Origin: an uncultured Oscillospiraceae bacterium
GTDB lineage: Bacteria; Bacillota; Clostridia; Oscillospirales; Oscillospiraceae
Length of the DNA: 64,000 nucleotides
Direction: 5' to 3'
Assembly: GCA_947631395.1 (NCBI GenBank)
Contig: CANRLF010000002.1
Coordinates: 5,179 to 69,178, forward strand
The notes under the pieces are model-generated. The model saw only the letters and a program-made list of their open reading frames with translations, had not been told where the DNA came from and did no database searches. The position numbers and the translations under genes are program-made. Positions 61,766 through 64,000 of the stretch are shown here, piece after piece. Within the stretch, counting starts at the first letter, position 1; every line of letters begins with the position of its first letter.

Positions 61766-62659
61766 ATGTCGTTTTCCTCAGATGTAAAGGCCGAGCTGTG
61801 CCGCGTGGGCCTGAACTCCCGGGCCCAGGCACTGGCGGAGTGCTACGGGGTGATGCTCTTTTGCAACACCTTCGATAACCGGGAGATACGTGTCGTCACA
61901 AGGTCGGACTGCTTTGCCCAGAGGCTCCCGAAGCTCCTTCAGCGGGCCTTTTCCCTGAAATTCGACGAGCAGCCGGAGGGCGGAGGCCAGGGGACATTTG
62001 TGGTGAGCTCAACGGAGAGCGTCGCCAGGATACTTGATGCCTTCGGCTATCTGGGCGGCCTTGTCAGCCACCATGTCAACCTGGGCCTTTTGGAGGATGA
62101 GAGCTCCCGGGCCGGATTTCTGCGGGGGGCGTTCCTGGCCGGCGGCAGTGTGACCGACCCGGAAAAACGCTATCACCTGGAGCTGGTGACCGACCACTAC
62201 ATGGTCAGCCGCGAGATCACGGCTCTGTTCCTGGACATGGGCTTCGAGCCAAAAAGCGTGTCAAGGGGCGGAAATTACATCATGTACTTTAAGCAGTCCT
62301 CGGTGATAGAGGACCTGCTCACCACCATCGGCGCGCCTCTGGCGGCCATGCGGGTGATGGCCGCGAAGATCGAGAAGGACATGACGAACCAGGTGAACCG
62401 GAAGGTCAACTGCGACACAGCCAACGTCACAAAGACCGTTGAGGCCAGCGCCGCCACAATGGAGGCAATAAGGAAGCTCAGGAGCTCAGGGACGCTTGAA
62501 AATCTCTCCCCGAAGCTCAGAGAGGCGGCGATCCTTCGGGAGGAGAACCCGGAGCTGTCCATAGAGGAGCTGGGGGCGCTCTGCGACCCGCCTGTGACGA
62601 AATCGGGAATAAACCACCGCCTCCGCCAGCTTCGCCGGACGGCGGAGGAGATAAAATAA
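61766..62659 (+). CDS. whiA: Sporulation/cell-division DNA-binding regulator WhiA
   Basis: MSFSSDVKAELC.., degenerate LAGLIDADG-like fold (FLRGAFLAGGSVTDPEKRYHLE), C-terminal HTH (ELSIEELGALCDPPVTKSGINHRLRQL). Confidence 0.95.
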   Translation: MSFSSDVKAELCRVGLNSRAQALAECYGVMLFCNTFDNREIRVVTRSDCFAQRLPKLLQRAFSLKFDEQPEGGGQGTFVVSSTESVARILDAFGYLGGLVSHHVNLGLLEDESSRAGFLRGAFLAGGSVTDPEKRYHLELVTDHYMVSREITALFLDMGFEPKSVSRGGNYIMYFKQSSVIEDLLTTIGAPLAAMRVMAAKIEKDMTNQVNRKVNCDTANVTKTVEASAATMEAIRKLRSSGTLENLSPKLREAAILREENPELSIEELGALCDPPVTKSGINHRLRQLRRTAEEIK

Positions 62660-62677
62660 CGCTTACGGTGATGATAT

Positions 62678-64000
62678 ATGTCGTTCACTCACTTACATGT
62701 TCACTCTGAATACAGCCTCCTGGACGGTGCGTGCAGGATAAAGGATCTCCCCCGTCGGGCGAGGGAGCTTGGTCAGACGTGCCTTGCCATAACCGATCAC
62801 GGCGTCATGTACGGCGCCGTGGCATTTTATAAGGAGTGTAAAAAGGAGGGCGTGAAGCCCATAATCGGATGTGAGGTCTATGTGGCGCCCAGGACCCGCT
62901 TTGACAAGGAGCACGGGACGGACTCCGTGCGCTATCACCTCATACTGCTGTGCGAGAACGAGACGGGCTACAAAAACCTGTGCTATATGGTCTCTATGGG
63001 CTTTGTGGACGGTTTTTATACGAAGCCACGTATCGACATGGAGCTTTTGAGGGAGCACCACGAGGGGCTTATCGCCCTCTCGGCCTGTGTCCAAGGCCAG
63101 GTGCCGCAGTATATCCTGCAGGACAGGTATAACGAGGCGAAAAAGACGGCCCTGGAGTTTTTGGAGATATTCGGCGAGGGCAACTACTACCTTGAGATAC
63201 AGGACCACGGCATACCCGAGGAGCGCACGGCGGCGACGGGCCTTATAAAGCTGTCGAAGGAGACGGGGATACCACTGGTACTGACGAACGACGTGCACTA
63301 TCTTGAAAAAAAGGACGCCTATGCCCAGGACGTGCTGATGTGCATACAGACCGGCAAGACGGTGGACGACGACAACCGCATGAAGTTCAACGGCGACGGG
63401 CTGTACCTGAAAAGCGAGGAGGAGATGCGCGCCCTCTATCCGGACCTCCCGGAGGCCGCGGACAACACCGCAGTCATCGCGGACAGGTGCAACATGGAGT
63501 TTGAGTTTGGACACTACCACCTGCCGCTTTTTACCGTGCCGGAGGGGTACACGTCAAGGGAATATCTGGAGAAGCTCTGTGACGAGGGCTTCCGGGAGAG
63601 GTATCCCAACTCCCCTGAGGTGAAAAAACAGCTGAGATACGAGCTCGACATGATAGACCGCATGGGCTTTACGGACTATTTCCTCATCGTCCAGGATTTT
63701 GTAATGTACGCGAAAAAAAGCGGCATCCCCGTTGGCCCCGGCCGTGGCAGCGCGGCTGGGAGCGTGGTGAGCTACTGCCTTCATATAACCGACGTGGACC
63801 CCATAAAATACAGTCTGTATTTTGAGCGGTTTTTGAACCCGGAGCGGGTGAGTATGCCGGATATAGACATGGACTTCTGCGAGCGCCGCAGAGGCGAGGT
63901 GGTGGACTACGTAAAGCGCAAGTACGGGGCGGACCGGGTGGCGCAGATAATCACCTTCAACACGCTGAAGGCAAAAAACGCCGTCAGGAGCGTATCCAAG
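62678..64000 (+). CDS. dnaE: DNA polymerase III alpha subunit DnaE, N-terminal PHP and start of the polymerase domain; the 3' end lies outside the window
   Basis: My own translation from the ATG at 62678 is [82 protein letters not shown]. The frame stays open to the window end (441 codons). It is not in the supplied track because it has no stop. Confidence 0.95.
   Translation, partial: MSFTHLHVHSEYSLLDGACRIKDLPRRARELGQTCLAITDHGVMYGAVAFYKECKKEGVKPIIGCEVYVAPRTRFDKEHGTDSVRYHLILLCENETGYKNLCYMVSMGFVDGFYTKPRIDMELLREHHEGLIALSACVQGQVPQYILQDRYNEAKKTALEFLEIFGEGNYYLEIQDHGIPEERTAATGLIKLSKETGIPLVLTNDVHYLEKKDAYAQDVLMCIQTGKTVDDDNRMKFNGDGLYLKSEEEMRALYPDLPEAADNTAVIADRCNMEFEFGHYHLPLFTVPEGYTSREYLEKLCDEGFRERYPNSPEVKKQLRYELDMIDRMGFTDYFLIVQDFVMYAKKSGIPVGPGRGSAAGSVVSYCLHITDVDPIKYSLYFERFLNPERVSMPDIDMDFCERRRGEVVDYVKRKYGADRVAQIITFNTLKAKNAVRSVSK

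Noticed and set aside
1-64000. Scan for CRISPR arrays, tRNA/rRNA genes, IS elements, and prophage or toxin-antitoxin modules
   Set aside because: I saw no regularly spaced direct repeats, no cloverleaf-like or rRNA-like non-coding stretch (the largest non-coding gaps are about 290-360 bp and are occupied by promoters and terminators), and no transposase, integrase (other than the small serine recombinase), capsid or terminase-like translations. This was a by-eye scan, so short or degenerate elements could have been missed.

Overview
GC-rich, almost entirely coding chromosomal segment from a Gram-positive Firmicute. By gene order and SLH-domain content it looks like Clostridia, possibly Oscillospiraceae; this is inference, as no search was run. 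Most of the window is conserved housekeeping. It holds the uvrA 3' end, cardiolipin synthase, a YhaO/YhaN (SbcF/SbcE)-like nuclease/ATPase pair, a YtrA-type GntR-ABC module, and mutS2, an HPr-like gene, uvrC, rsmD and coaD. A compact dcw cluster follows (mraZ-rsmH-ftsL-PBP-murE-mraY-ftsW-murG-murA-ftsQ-ftsZ). Further on are potABCD, a YceD-like gene with rpmF, a DUF512-type radical SAM gene, der, rpmB, hprK-murB-rapZ-whiA and the dnaE 5' end. The accessory-looking parts are: (i) a serine recombinase cassette directly upstream of a 1242-aa type IV prepilin-like protein with two duplicated GLUG-type modules, followed by a fused MacB-type ABC transporter; (ii) an MFP-MacB operon that ends in an SLH-domain surface protein; (iii) two paralogous WG-repeat/SLH wall proteins; (iv) a three-component surface-glycosylation locus (GtrB/CsbB-like GT2 plus a GtrA::GT-C fusion) whose GT2 gene is interrupted at a G9 homopolymer, so it is either phase-variable or an assembly error. 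No rRNA, tRNA, CRISPR array or IS element was recognised. I did not find a clear new multi-gene system. The best leads are the recombinase/giant-pilin pair and the poly-G-gated glycosylation locus. All product calls rest on motifs read by eye from the ORF translations; no database search, alignment or folding program was run, and promoter and terminator calls are manual pattern matches.
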